Assembly: GCA_046154125.1 (NCBI GenBank)
Contig: JBJXEJ010000118.1
Span: forward strand, 10,072 to 74,071
Origin: Rhizobacter sp.
GTDB lineage: Bacteria > Pseudomonadota > Gammaproteobacteria > Burkholderiales > Burkholderiaceae_C
Length of the DNA stretch: 64,000 nucleotides
Direction of reading: 5' to 3'
In this document: piece by piece, positions 1 to 9,546 of the stretch
Layout of the letters: the number at the start of each line of letters is the position of its first letter
How positions within the stretch are numbered: position 1 is the stretch's first letter
Translations under genes and position numbers: made by a program
The notes under the pieces: model-generated
Seen by the model: the letters and a program-made list of their open reading frames with translations, nothing else
Told to the model about the DNA's origin: nothing
Databases searched by the model: none

Positions 1-1820
1 CGCTGACGCCGGTCTACCCGACCAGCGCGTCGCTGCCGCAGGCCTACCTGCGGCGCGCGGTGACCTCGGCCTTGCAGCGCGCCGATCTGTCCGAGACGGT
101 GCCGGCCGAGCTGCTGCCGCGCGGCCTGGCGACGCTGCGAGACGCGCTGCACTGGCTGCACCACCCGCCCGCCGACGTGTCGCTGTCGGCGCTGGACGAC
201 CGCACGCACCCGGCCTGGCAACGCCTGAAGTTCGAGGAGCTGCTGGCGCAGCAGCTGTCGCAATTGCAGGCCAAGCGCGAACGCGCGAAGCAGCGCGCGC
301 CGCGATTCACCGTCAGCGCCGGCGGGCTGCAAGAGCAGTTGCTCGCAGCGCTGCCGTTCACGCTGACCGGCGCGCAGCGACGCGTCGTCGAGGAGATCGC
401 GGCCGACCTGCAGCGCGCACGCACTGACCAACGAGACGGTGACCGTGACCCGCATGCCGCCGCAGTGCCGATGCACCGCCTGCTGCAAGGCGACGTCGGC
501 TCGGGCAAGACGGTGGTCGCGGCGCTGGCGGCCGCCATCGCGATCCACAACGGCTGGCAGTGCGCGCTGATGGCACCGACCGAGATCCTGGCCGACCAGC
601 ATTTCCGCAAGCTGGTTGGCTGGCTCGAACCGCTGGGCATCGTCACGGCGTGGCTGACAGGCAGCCGCAAGGGCCGCGGCCGGCGCGAGATGCTGGAACG
701 CATCGCGTCGGGCGAAGCCGGCCTGGTGGTCGGCACGCACGCGGTGATCCAGGACGATGTGCAATTCGCGAAGCTGGGGCTGGCCATCGTCGACGAGCAG
801 CACCGCTTCGGCGTGGCGCAAAGGCTGGCGCTGAGAAGCAAGCTGGAGCAGGGCCTGCAGGACACCGCCGGGCCGCCCCAAGGTGGCCTGACCCCCTCGG
901 GGGGCGGCCACCGCCCACGGTGGCCTGGGGGCACCCTGACTCCCCACCTGCTGATGATGAGCGCCACCCCGATCCCGCGCACGCTGGCCATGACGATGTA
1001 CGCCGATCTCGACATCAGCACGATCGATGAACTGCCGCCGGGTCGAACTCCGATCGTCACCAAGGTATTCGCCGACGACAAGCGCGAGGCCGTGGTCGCG
1101 CGCATCCGAGACGAGGTGGCGCAGGGCAAGCAGGTCTACTGGGTGTGCCCGCTGATCGAGGAGAACCCCGACGGCGACGCCAGCCCGCTCAACAACGAAG
1201 CGAACTCATCCAGACGTCCCTTCGGCGAACGGCCCGAGTTGCAGAACGTGATCGACACGCACCAGAAGCTGACCGCCGCGCTGCGCGGTGTCGGCGTCGG
1301 GCTGCTGCACGGCCGCATGAAACCGAGCGAGAAGTCCGCGACGATGGCACGGTTCACTTCTGGCGAGCTGTCGGTGCTGGTCGCCACCACGGTGATCGAG
1401 GTTGGCGTCGACGTGCCGAACGCGAGCCTGATGGTGATCGAGCACGCCGAGCGCTTCGGGCTGAGCCAGCTGCACCAGCTGCGCGGGCGGGTCGGCCGTG
1501 GCTCGGTCGCGAGCGTCTGCGTGCTGCTGTATGCGGCGCCGTTGTCGGTCACCGGCAAGGCGCGCCTGAGGGCGATGGCCGAGACGACCGACGGGTTCGA
1601 GATCGCCCGGCGCGATCTGGCGATCCGCGGACCCGGCGAGTTTCTCGGTGCGCGTCAGTCGGGCGCGGCGCTGTTGCGCTTTGCCGACCTGAACGACGAC
1701 CTGCCGCTGCTGCATGCGGCACGCACGGCCGCCGACGCGATGCTCGAGCGCCATCCGGAGGCGGCCCGGCGTCAGGTGGTACGGTGGCTCGGCAGCCGAG
1801 CCGACTACCTGAAGGCGTGA
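1..1820 (+). CDS. recG: ATP-dependent DNA helicase RecG (N-terminus lies upstream of the window)
   Basis: The frame of ORF 60..1820 stays open back to base 3 (LTPVYPTSASLPQAYLRRAV...). SF2 helicase motifs are present: GDVGSGKT, DEQHRFG, MSATPIPRTL, TTVIEVGVDVPNA, QLRGRVGRG. Confidence 0.95.
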   Translation, partial: LTPVYPTSASLPQAYLRRAVTSALQRADLSETVPAELLPRGLATLRDALHWLHHPPADVSLSALDDRTHPAWQRLKFEELLAQQLSQLQAKRERAKQRAPRFTVSAGGLQEQLLAALPFTLTGAQRRVVEEIAADLQRARTDQRDGDRDPHAAAVPMHRLLQGDVGSGKTVVAALAAAIAIHNGWQCALMAPTEILADQHFRKLVGWLEPLGIVTAWLTGSRKGRGRREMLERIASGEAGLVVGTHAVIQDDVQFAKLGLAIVDEQHRFGVAQRLALRSKLEQGLQDTAGPPQGGLTPSGGGHRPRWPGGTLTPHLLMMSATPIPRTLAMTMYADLDISTIDELPPGRTPIVTKVFADDKREAVVARIRDEVAQGKQVYWVCPLIEENPDGDASPLNNEANSSRRPFGERPELQNVIDTHQKLTAALRGVGVGLLHGRMKPSEKSATMARFTSGELSVLVATTVIEVGVDVPNASLMVIEHAERFGLSQLHQLRGRVGRGSVASVCVLLYAAPLSVTGKARLRAMAETTDGFEIARRDLAIRGPGEFLGARQSGAALLRFADLNDDLPLLHAARTAADAMLERHPEAARRQVVRWLGSRADYLKA

Positions 1821-1890
1821 GGCGAAAACCGCGCGAGTTGGCTACATTGCCGGGGTCCCGCAACGCCGGTCGCACGCCAGCCTCCACACC

Positions 1891-2811
1891 ATGACCCTGA
1901 CCGAACTCCGATACATCGTTGCCGTGGCCCGCGAGCGCCACTTCGGCCGCGCTGCCGAGGCCTGCTTCGTCTCGCAGCCGACGCTCAGCGTGGCCATCAA
2001 GAAGCTCGAGGAAGAACTCGACGTCAAGCTGTTCGAGCGCGGCAGCAGCGAGGTCAGCGTGACGCCGCTGGGCGGCGAGATCGTGCGCCAGGCGCAGACG
2101 GTGATCGAACAGGCCGCCGGCATCAAGGAGATCGCGCGGCGCGGCAAGGACCCGGTATCGGGCCCGCTGCGCCTGGGCGTGATCTACACCATCGGACCGT
2201 ACCTGCTGCCCGACCTGGTGCGGCAGGCCATCGAGCTGGTGCCGCGGATGCCACTGATGCTGCAGGAAAACTTCACCGTCAAGCTGCTGGACATGCTGCG
2301 CACCGGCGAACTCGACGCGGCGATCCTCGCCGAGCCGTTTCCCGACGCGGGCCTCGCCATCGCACCGCTGTACGACGAGCCGTTCATGGTCGCCGTGCCG
2401 AAGAAGCATCCGCTGGCAAGGCGCAAGCGCATCAGCGCCGAGGAGCTCAAGAAGGAAACGATGCTGCTGCTCGGCACCGGGCACTGCTTCCGAGACCACG
2501 TGCTCGAAGTGTGTCCCGAGTACGCGCACTTCTCGAGCGACGCCGAAGGCATCCGCAAGAGCTTCGAGGGCTCGTCGCTCGAAACCATCAAGTACATGGT
2601 CGCGTCGGGCATGGGAGTCACGGTGGTGCCACAGCTCAGCGTGCCGGCCGACACCGACAAGCACATCACCTACGTGCCGTTCGCCCCGCCCGTGCCGACC
2701 CGGCGTGTCGTGCTGGCCTGGCGTCGCACCTTCACGCGCTATGAGGCGATCGCGGCGCTGCGCAACGCGATCTACGCCTGTCCGCTGGCCGGCGTCACGC
2801 GCTTGTCGTGA
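1891..2811 (+). CDS. oxyR: LysR-family hydrogen peroxide-sensing regulator OxyR
   Basis: LysR HTH N-terminus ([33 protein letters not shown]). A redox cysteine pair sits in [16 protein letters not shown] (equivalents of OxyR C199/C208). Located between recG and dps. Confidence 0.9.
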   Translation: MTLTELRYIVAVARERHFGRAAEACFVSQPTLSVAIKKLEEELDVKLFERGSSEVSVTPLGGEIVRQAQTVIEQAAGIKEIARRGKDPVSGPLRLGVIYTIGPYLLPDLVRQAIELVPRMPLMLQENFTVKLLDMLRTGELDAAILAEPFPDAGLAIAPLYDEPFMVAVPKKHPLARRKRISAEELKKETMLLLGTGHCFRDHVLEVCPEYAHFSSDAEGIRKSFEGSSLETIKYMVASGMGVTVVPQLSVPADTDKHITYVPFAPPVPTRRVVLAWRRTFTRYEAIAALRNAIYACPLAGVTRLS

Positions 2812-2893
2812 ATCAAGCGCACGACGGGCAGGGTCGATAGACTTGAACTTCCGGTTTCTCAACCGATCTGTTCACGACACGCAGGAGTTTCCG

Positions 2894-3421
2894 ATGGCCA
2901 AGAAATCGAAGTCGAGTGCCGCGCCCGTCACCGTGGCCGCTGCCCCGAGCCGGATCAATATCGGCATCAGCGAGAAAGATCGCGCGGCGATCGCTGGCGG
3001 CCTGAGCCACCTGCTGGCCGACAGCTACACGCTGTACCTGACGACCCACAATTTCCACTGGAACGTCACCGGGCCGATGTTCAACACGCTGCACCTGATG
3101 TTCATGGGTCAGTACACCGAGTTGTGGAACGCGGTCGATCCGATCGCCGAGCGCATCCGGGCTCTCGGCCACCCGGCGCCGGGTTCGTATGCGCAGTTCG
3201 GTGCGCTGACATCGCTCAAGGACGCCCCGTCCACACCGCCGAAGGCGCTGGACATGGTGCGCATCCTGGTCGAGGGCCACGAAGCGGTCGCACGCACCGC
3301 CCGCAGCATCTTCCCGTTGGCCGACAAGGCCGGTGACGAACCCACCGCCGACCTGCTGACGCAGCGCCTCACGGTGCACGAGCAGACCGCGTGGATGCTG
3401 CGCAGCCTGCTCGAAGACTGA
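2894..3421 (+). CDS. dps: Dps family DNA starvation/stationary phase protection protein (mini-ferritin)
   Basis: Dps motifs are present: [19 protein letters not shown] and [11 protein letters not shown]. The ATG at 2894 is preceded by GCAGGAG. The longer start of ORF 2705 would overlap the oxyR 3' end. Confidence 0.9.
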   Translation: MAKKSKSSAAPVTVAAAPSRINIGISEKDRAAIAGGLSHLLADSYTLYLTTHNFHWNVTGPMFNTLHLMFMGQYTELWNAVDPIAERIRALGHPAPGSYAQFGALTSLKDAPSTPPKALDMVRILVEGHEAVARTARSIFPLADKAGDEPTADLLTQRLTVHEQTAWMLRSLLED

Positions 3422-3453
3422 GAAGTTCACACCGCTCCAGCAGAGGGGTCACC

Positions 3454-4077
3454 GTGCGAATCGCCATACTGACTTTCGACGGCTTCAACGAAATCGATGC
3501 CTTCGTGCCGCTCGGGCTGCTGAACCGGTTGAGCGCGCGGGGCTGGAAAGCCGAGATCACTGGCCCGACTTCGCACATGACGTCGATGAACGGCGTGACG
3601 GTGCAGGCGCAGCAGCCGCTCGAGTTCGCCAACGAAGCCGATGCGGTGATCTTCGGCAGCGGCATCTACACCCGTGCGATCGCCGAGGACATCGGCCAGC
3701 GTGGAGCCCTGCTCGACCGGTTGCAACTCGACCCGCTGCGTCAGATGATCGGCGCGCAGTGTTCGGGCACCTTGATGATGGCGCGTCTGGGGCTGCTGGC
3801 CGACATGCCCGCCTGCACCGACTCCAACACCAAGCCCTGGGTCGTCGAAGCCGGGGTGCGCGTCGAGGAATCCCCGTTCCTTGCGCGCGGCTCGCTCGCC
3901 ACCGCGGGCGGTTGCCTCGCGTCGCAGTACCTGGCCGCCTGGATGATGGCGCGCGGCGCCGGCCTCGATGCGGCCGCGCAAGCGCTGCATTACGCAGCGC
4001 CGGTCGGCGAGAAGGATGCGTATGTCGAGCGCATCCTGGCAGTCATCCGCCCATTCCTGCCCGAAGCGACGGGTTGA
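3454..4077 (+). CDS. DJ-1/PfpI family protein (class I glutamine amidotransferase-like fold)
   Basis: VRIAILTFDGFNEIDAFVP N-terminus and a nucleophile-elbow cysteine in IGAQCSGTLMMARLGLL. GTG start at 3454 is in frame with ORF 3391..4077. Confidence 0.75.
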   Translation: MRIAILTFDGFNEIDAFVPLGLLNRLSARGWKAEITGPTSHMTSMNGVTVQAQQPLEFANEADAVIFGSGIYTRAIAEDIGQRGALLDRLQLDPLRQMIGAQCSGTLMMARLGLLADMPACTDSNTKPWVVEAGVRVEESPFLARGSLATAGGCLASQYLAAWMMARGAGLDAAAQALHYAAPVGEKDAYVERILAVIRPFLPEATG

Positions 4078-4239
4078 TTCGAAACGACCCTCGGCCCTCC
4101 GGGTCGCCAAGGCATCCGGCCCGGTTGGTCCGTCAAGTTCCAGTCGATAACGCCGAAGAACCGTTGTATCGCCATTTCCACGCCACCTCACCGGGCCGGG
4201 GAGGCGCCCTGCCTTCGGCCGACGAGAACCCGGATCTAC

Positions 4240-6240
4240 ATGCCCGCCTGCGTCCACAACGCTCACCAGCCCCTGCACGCTCGGCACTTGCGTCAACTGG
4301 CGCTGTGCGTCGCACTGGCGGCCGCGATGCCGGCACGAGCGGCGAAGGATGACCTCACCCGTCTTGACCTGGGAGAGCTCATGGAGCTCACGGTGGTGGG
4401 CGCGGCCAAGTACGAGCAGAAGCAGAACGAGGTCGCCGCTGCGGCAAGCATCATCACGCGCCAGGAAATACAGGCCTTCGGCTGGCGCACGCTGGGGGAT
4501 GCGTTGGCGAGCCTGCCCGGCGTCTACACCACGAACGATCGTCAATACACCTACCTCGGTACGCGTGGCTTCGGACTGTCCGGTGACTACAACACCCGCG
4601 TGCTGCTGACGATCAATGGCAATCGGGTGAACGATCCGCTGTATGACGGGTCCAGCTTCGGCCGCGACTTCCCGCTCGACATGGACCTGGTCGAGCGCAT
4701 CGAATTCATTCCCGGCCCGGGAAGTGCGGTGTATGGCCAGAACGCGATGTTTGGCGTTGTCAACGTGATCACGCGAAACGGCAGCGCTGTCGGGGGCGCC
4801 GAGCTAGCGATGGCCTACCAGAGCCCGCAGTCATTGCGTGAAGGTCGCGCCAGTTGGGGCAAGGTGCTGGACAACGACGTCGACCTGCTGATCTCGGTTT
4901 CAGGCATGCATGCCCGGGGCGCGGATCACTTCTTTGATTTTGGCGCCGCAGGTGTTTCCGGTGTGGCGACCGGCCTCGACGCGGAGCGCAACCACCAGTT
5001 CTTCGCGCGCGCGGCCCGCGGCCCATGGTCGATGGAATTCGTTCATGGGTACCGCCGCAAGGATGACCCGACCGCAGCGTATTTCTCCGATCCGATGGCG
5101 TCGGGCCAATACGAGAGCGATGCCTACTCGCTGGCGCAACTCCAGTATCAGGACGTGTTCGCTGAAAACACGCTGCAGGTGGCGGCGCGCCTGTTCGCCG
5201 GCCAGCAACGCTTTCGCTCGGTGTTCATCTATGACGACGTGCCTGCGCAAGCGCCAGGAACCAGCGACTGGCGCGGGGCCGAGTTGCGGCTGATCTCGAC
5301 GGCACTGACCAATCACAAGTTCATGCTGGGGCTGGAGTACCAGGACAACAACCGCATTGACCAGGGCGTGCCAATCCCGGGGGAACCCAACAGCCTCAAC
5401 TCGCTTTCGACTCCCGGCTACCGAGCGGGCGTGTACGTACAGGACGAGTGGCACTTCGCGAACGCGCTGACGGCCACCCTCGGCTTGCGGGCAGACCGCA
5501 ATGCTGTCACGGGAAGCGCCATGAGCCCGCGCGCCGCCGTGATCTGGCAGGCCGCCCCAGCGACCACGCTCAAGGCGCTGTATGGCGAAGCCCACCGTGC
5601 GCCCAATGCGTACGAGAGCAATTACACGGATGGCCTCACGCAGGTGGCCAACGGCGGGTTGAAGGACGAAAAGATCGAGACGCTGGAAATCGTGGCGGAT
5701 CACCGCGTGAGCCGTGACCTTGCCCTGCGGGCAACGGCCTACAAATGGACGCTGAACAGGCTGATCGTCGCCGGGATCGATCCGCAAAGCGGGCTGACGC
5801 AGTATCAATCGGGCAGCACGGTAACCGCCCGTGGACTGGAATTGAGTGCCGACCGGACGTGGGATCACGGCGCACGTCTGCGCGGAAACGTGTCGATCCA
5901 GCATGTGACGGCCGCGCACGGAGGCGATCAACTGAACTCGCCCACAGTGCTGGCACGGCTCAATTTCTCGACGCCCCTGCCGGTTGCCGGCCTGCGCCTG
6001 GGATACGAACTGCGTTTCGACTCCAAGCGCCGCAGCGTTGCAGGCACGGACCTGGGGGGACAGGCCATTTCGGGCCTGCACTTGAGCACCTCGGCGTTGG
6101 CCCCGGGTCTGGATTTGTCCTTGGACATCCAGAACCTCTTCGACAAGCGCTACACACACCCGGCGCCCGACAGCAACTGGCAGAACGCCATTCAGCAGGA
6201 CGGACGCAGTGTCGGTCTCATGCTGCGCTACCGGTATTGA
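4240..6240 (+). CDS. TonB-dependent outer-membrane receptor (plug + beta-barrel)
   Basis: Signal-like N-terminus (LALCVALAAAMPARA). Plug motifs: ITRQEIQAFGWRTLGDALASLPGVY, TRGFGL, NGNRVNDPLYDG, IEFIPGPGSAVYGQNAMFGVVNVITR. Long barrel-like C-terminal part ends in an aromatic residue (RYRY). Confidence 0.85.
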   Translation: MPACVHNAHQPLHARHLRQLALCVALAAAMPARAAKDDLTRLDLGELMELTVVGAAKYEQKQNEVAAAASIITRQEIQAFGWRTLGDALASLPGVYTTNDRQYTYLGTRGFGLSGDYNTRVLLTINGNRVNDPLYDGSSFGRDFPLDMDLVERIEFIPGPGSAVYGQNAMFGVVNVITRNGSAVGGAELAMAYQSPQSLREGRASWGKVLDNDVDLLISVSGMHARGADHFFDFGAAGVSGVATGLDAERNHQFFARAARGPWSMEFVHGYRRKDDPTAAYFSDPMASGQYESDAYSLAQLQYQDVFAENTLQVAARLFAGQQRFRSVFIYDDVPAQAPGTSDWRGAELRLISTALTNHKFMLGLEYQDNNRIDQGVPIPGEPNSLNSLSTPGYRAGVYVQDEWHFANALTATLGLRADRNAVTGSAMSPRAAVIWQAAPATTLKALYGEAHRAPNAYESNYTDGLTQVANGGLKDEKIETLEIVADHRVSRDLALRATAYKWTLNRLIVAGIDPQSGLTQYQSGSTVTARGLELSADRTWDHGARLRGNVSIQHVTAAHGGDQLNSPTVLARLNFSTPLPVAGLRLGYELRFDSKRRSVAGTDLGGQAISGLHLSTSALAPGLDLSLDIQNLFDKRYTHPAPDSNWQNAIQQDGRSVGLMLRYRY

Positions 6241-6497
6241 GCGGAAATGATTCGCCTCTCCTGCGCAGCCATCACGCTCGCCACGATCCCCGGCCGATGC
6301 CGATGCCTCATCGGCGGGGGCCTGAGCGTCCTGGCAGTTTCCATTCAGTGTGCCGTCCTCCCGCTGAACCTAGAGCAGTTGCTGCAGTTGCCGCTGGATC
6401 GATTGCTCGAGCTGAAGGTCGCAGGCGCTTCGGTTCCTGCCCAGCACGACGGCACGGCTGCTGCGCCTCGGTTTCGTGTCGGTGCAGAGGCATCTCG

Positions 6498-7028
6498 ATG
6501 AGGCACAGCTCCCGCCTCATCCGGACAGCGCTGAGCCTCGTTGGCCTGCTTTTGCTGGCAACGGCTGCGCGGGGCGCTGACCTGCCTGAATACCGACTGA
6601 AGGCCGCCTTCATCTACAACTTTGCGGTTTACACGGAGTGGCCCGCAGAGGTCGGCACCAGGCTCAACCTGTGCGTCCTGGGCCAAGATCCGTTCGATGG
6701 AGAGCTGCAGCAGCTCAGTGGCAAGGTGATCGGCACACGCAACATCGCAGTGCAGAACATGACCACGCGCAAGCCGATCACGGACTGCCAGCTGCTCTAC
6801 ATCGCGCCTTCGGCGATCAGCGAACTGCCACAGGTGCTCGGGGCCCTGAACGGGCAGAAGGTGCTGGTGGTGACCGACAGCCCAGGTGCTGCGCGCGACG
6901 GTGCGGCCATCAACATGGCCGTGCAGAACTCGAAGATCCTGTTCGAGGTCAATCTGAAGGCCGTACAGGACGCGCGCCTGACCTTGAGCTCCAAGTTGCT
7001 GCGCCTCGCGAGGGAGATCTATCCATGA
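6498..7028 (+). CDS. YfiR family (DUF4154) periplasmic protein
   Basis: Signal peptide [27 protein letters not shown] followed by the family hallmark [19 protein letters not shown]. The ATG at 6498 is in frame with ORF 5745..7028, whose upstream part overlaps the receptor gene. Confidence 0.75.
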   Translation: MRHSSRLIRTALSLVGLLLLATAARGADLPEYRLKAAFIYNFAVYTEWPAEVGTRLNLCVLGQDPFDGELQQLSGKVIGTRNIAVQNMTTRKPITDCQLLYIAPSAISELPQVLGALNGQKVLVVTDSPGAARDGAAINMAVQNSKILFEVNLKAVQDARLTLSSKLLRLAREIYP

Positions 7029-7074
7029 CCCGGCACCCCCAAGGTTGGCCAGGCCAGGCCACATCGGGACAACC

Positions 7075-9465
7075 ATGCACGCACGGCTGAGCAACCTCTC
7101 GATCCGCTTCCGGATCATCGCCGTCGCCGTGGCGACAACCGCACTGGCACTTCTGTCGGCGTCGACGATTTTCGCGGTGAACCAGACCGCGGCGGCCAGG
7201 GAAGCGCTGGTGTCCTCGGCAACCTCACTGGCACGTGTGTCGGCGATCAACGCAGAGGCCGCACTGGCATTTCGCGACCAGACTGCCGCAGCCGAAATCG
7301 CCACGGCGCTGTCCAAGGAAGACGATGTGCTGGCGGTCGATATCGACCTGGTCGACGGCACGCACTTCGCAGCCGCCCAGGGCAGCAAGGCAGGAATGCA
7401 GGATCTGTTGGCGCACCTCGCGCATGGCAGCGCTCCGCGTGAATCGGAGGCGGCAGCGCTGAAGGACGGCGTTGCGGCATGGCACCGTTTCGAGGGCGAC
7501 CACCTGTTGCTCGTCCACCGCATCATGGTCAATGGCAAGGCGGTGGGCCGACTCACGCTGATGGTCGCTAGCACTCGACTTCAGGCACAGATCAACCGGC
7601 AGCTCGGGTTTGCGGCGCTGGTGTTTGTCGGAGCGCTCTACGTGGCTTATCTGCTGGCATCACGGCTGCAGCGCATCATCTCAGAGCCACTGCTGAATCT
7701 GGCGGAGACCATGGCTGAGGTGTCGCGCCAGGGCGACTACGCGCTGCGCGCGCGAAAGACGACCGGCGCAGAAACCGGTGTGCTGATCGACGGCTTCAAC
7801 ACGATGCTGGATCAGATTCAAAACCGCGATGCGGCGCTGGCTCAGGCTGTCAGCGAGCTGAAGATCGCCAAGCAGCAGGCCGACGCTGCAAACGAGGCCA
7901 AGTCGCAGTTTCTCGCAACGATGAGTCACGAGATTCGCACTCCAATGAACGGCGTGCTGGGGATGGCTGAGCTCCTGCTCAACACCGAACTGGCGCCCAA
8001 CCAGCTGCAGTACGCACAGACCATCAGCCACTCGGGCCGGATCCTGCTTGCGATCATCAACGACGTGCTCGACTATTCCAAGATTGAGGCGGGCAGACTG
8101 GTCCTGGATTGCGTCGAATTCGATCTCGTTGAGACCGTCGAGGAAGTTTCCGTGCTCATGGCCGGGTTGGCACAAGGCAAGGGCCTGGAGCTTGTCACCC
8201 GGTTTGGTCCCGGGCTTCCGGCAGTGGTAGCGGGAGACCCCGGTCGGCTGCAACAGGTGCTGCTCAACCTCGTCGGCAACGCAGTCAAATTCACACCTCA
8301 CGGCGACGTCGTGATCGCTGTTGATTCTGTGGCGGCGAGCGATCTGGGAGTGCGGCTGCGCTTCGAGGTACGCGACACGGGTATCGGGCTCGAAAAAAAC
8401 GCCCAAGCCGGCATCTTCGATGCCTTCACGCAGGCCGACAGTTCGACCACGCGAAACTTCGGTGGAACCGGCCTGGGTTTGACCATCGCCAAGCGTCTGG
8501 CCCACCTGATGAATGGCGAAATCGGCGTCGATAGCATCAGCGGGCTCGGTTCGACATTCTGGTTCACCGCAAATTTCGCCAGCCCGACGAGCAGCAACAC
8601 TCAGCAGCCGACGCACGAGGCAAGACAACCGCGGGTGCTGGTGGTCGACGACAACGCAGCCAGTCGGGAAGCGTTGCATGACCAGATGATCGCCTGGAGC
8701 ATCAACGCAAGCCGCGCGAGCGGGGCCGCAGAGGCACTCGACTTGCTGCGCGATGCGGCGGCCTGCGGCGCCCCGTTTGACGTCGCATTCATCGACATGC
8801 AAATGCCCCGCGTCACTGGACTTCAGCTGGTGAAACAGATTCGCGAGCAGGCCGACATCGCTGGTGTTCGCATCGTCTTGATGACCCCTGCCGAGGTGGT
8901 TCCGGGATCGGCCCAGCTCCAGGCCTGGGGGGTACAGACGGGTCTGACCAAGCCGGCGAGGCGCTCGCAGCTGCTGGCTTGCATGGCAGAGGTTCGACCT
9001 GCACGCAACGTGCGGAAACCGTCGCCGCCCGCCACAGACCGAGCCGAGCGACCGGCTCGCATCCTGGTTGCAGAAGACAACCCCGTGAATCAGCAGGTGG
9101 TGCTCTGCCTGCTGGAGTCGATGGGATACGCGGCAGAGCTGGCGTCCAACGGTTGCGAGGCGCTGACAGCGTTCGCGGCGAACGACTACGACCTGATCCT
9201 CATGGACATGCAGATGCCAGAGATGGACGGCCTGGAGGCCACGCGCCGGATTCGTGCCCTGGAGCGAGGGTCGCCAGACCGCGTCTCAGTGCCCATCATC
9301 GCGCTGACAGCCAATGCACTTTCCGGAGACCGTCAACTTTGCATTGCGGCCGGGATGACCGACTACTTGAGCAAGCCGGTCGCAAGCACCGCCCTGCGAG
9401 CGGCCCTCATAAAGCACCTGGAGAGGCCGGTCCGGGAGACACGTCCGTCAGATGGTCTGGTCTGA
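7075..9465 (+). CDS. Hybrid sensor histidine kinase/response regulator (CHASE8-like periplasmic domain, HAMP, HisKA, HATPase, two receiver domains)
   Basis: H-box [11 protein letters not shown]; N/G boxes [31 protein letters not shown]. Receivers: [15 protein letters not shown]...[14 protein letters not shown] and [15 protein letters not shown]...[14 protein letters not shown]. The N-terminus is TM / about 150-aa loop / TM. Confidence 0.9.
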   Translation: MHARLSNLSIRFRIIAVAVATTALALLSASTIFAVNQTAAAREALVSSATSLARVSAINAEAALAFRDQTAAAEIATALSKEDDVLAVDIDLVDGTHFAAAQGSKAGMQDLLAHLAHGSAPRESEAAALKDGVAAWHRFEGDHLLLVHRIMVNGKAVGRLTLMVASTRLQAQINRQLGFAALVFVGALYVAYLLASRLQRIISEPLLNLAETMAEVSRQGDYALRARKTTGAETGVLIDGFNTMLDQIQNRDAALAQAVSELKIAKQQADAANEAKSQFLATMSHEIRTPMNGVLGMAELLLNTELAPNQLQYAQTISHSGRILLAIINDVLDYSKIEAGRLVLDCVEFDLVETVEEVSVLMAGLAQGKGLELVTRFGPGLPAVVAGDPGRLQQVLLNLVGNAVKFTPHGDVVIAVDSVAASDLGVRLRFEVRDTGIGLEKNAQAGIFDAFTQADSSTTRNFGGTGLGLTIAKRLAHLMNGEIGVDSISGLGSTFWFTANFASPTSSNTQQPTHEARQPRVLVVDDNAASREALHDQMIAWSINASRASGAAEALDLLRDAAACGAPFDVAFIDMQMPRVTGLQLVKQIREQADIAGVRIVLMTPAEVVPGSAQLQAWGVQTGLTKPARRSQLLACMAEVRPARNVRKPSPPATDRAERPARILVAEDNPVNQQVVLCLLESMGYAAELASNGCEALTAFAANDYDLILMDMQMPEMDGLEATRRIRALERGSPDRVSVPIIALTANALSGDRQLCIAAGMTDYLSKPVASTALRAALIKHLERPVRETRPSDGLV

Positions 9466-9546
9466 TCCCGCCAGGACCCCTGCCCGGCGCGACCGGATAA
9501 TTCGAGGTTTCCACGAGCCGCGTGCCCTCCGGGTGCGCGACGCCCC

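Noticed and set aside
2705-2893. Upstream extension of the Dps ORF starting at 2705.
   Set aside because: It would overlap the last 107 nt of oxyR. Dps similarity and a GCAGGAG ribosome-binding site point to the ATG at 2894.
5745-6497. Upstream 250 codons of ORF 5745..7028 (the YfiR frame).
   Set aside because: This part overlaps the TonB-dependent receptor gene out of frame. The YfiR signal peptide starts at the ATG at 6498.
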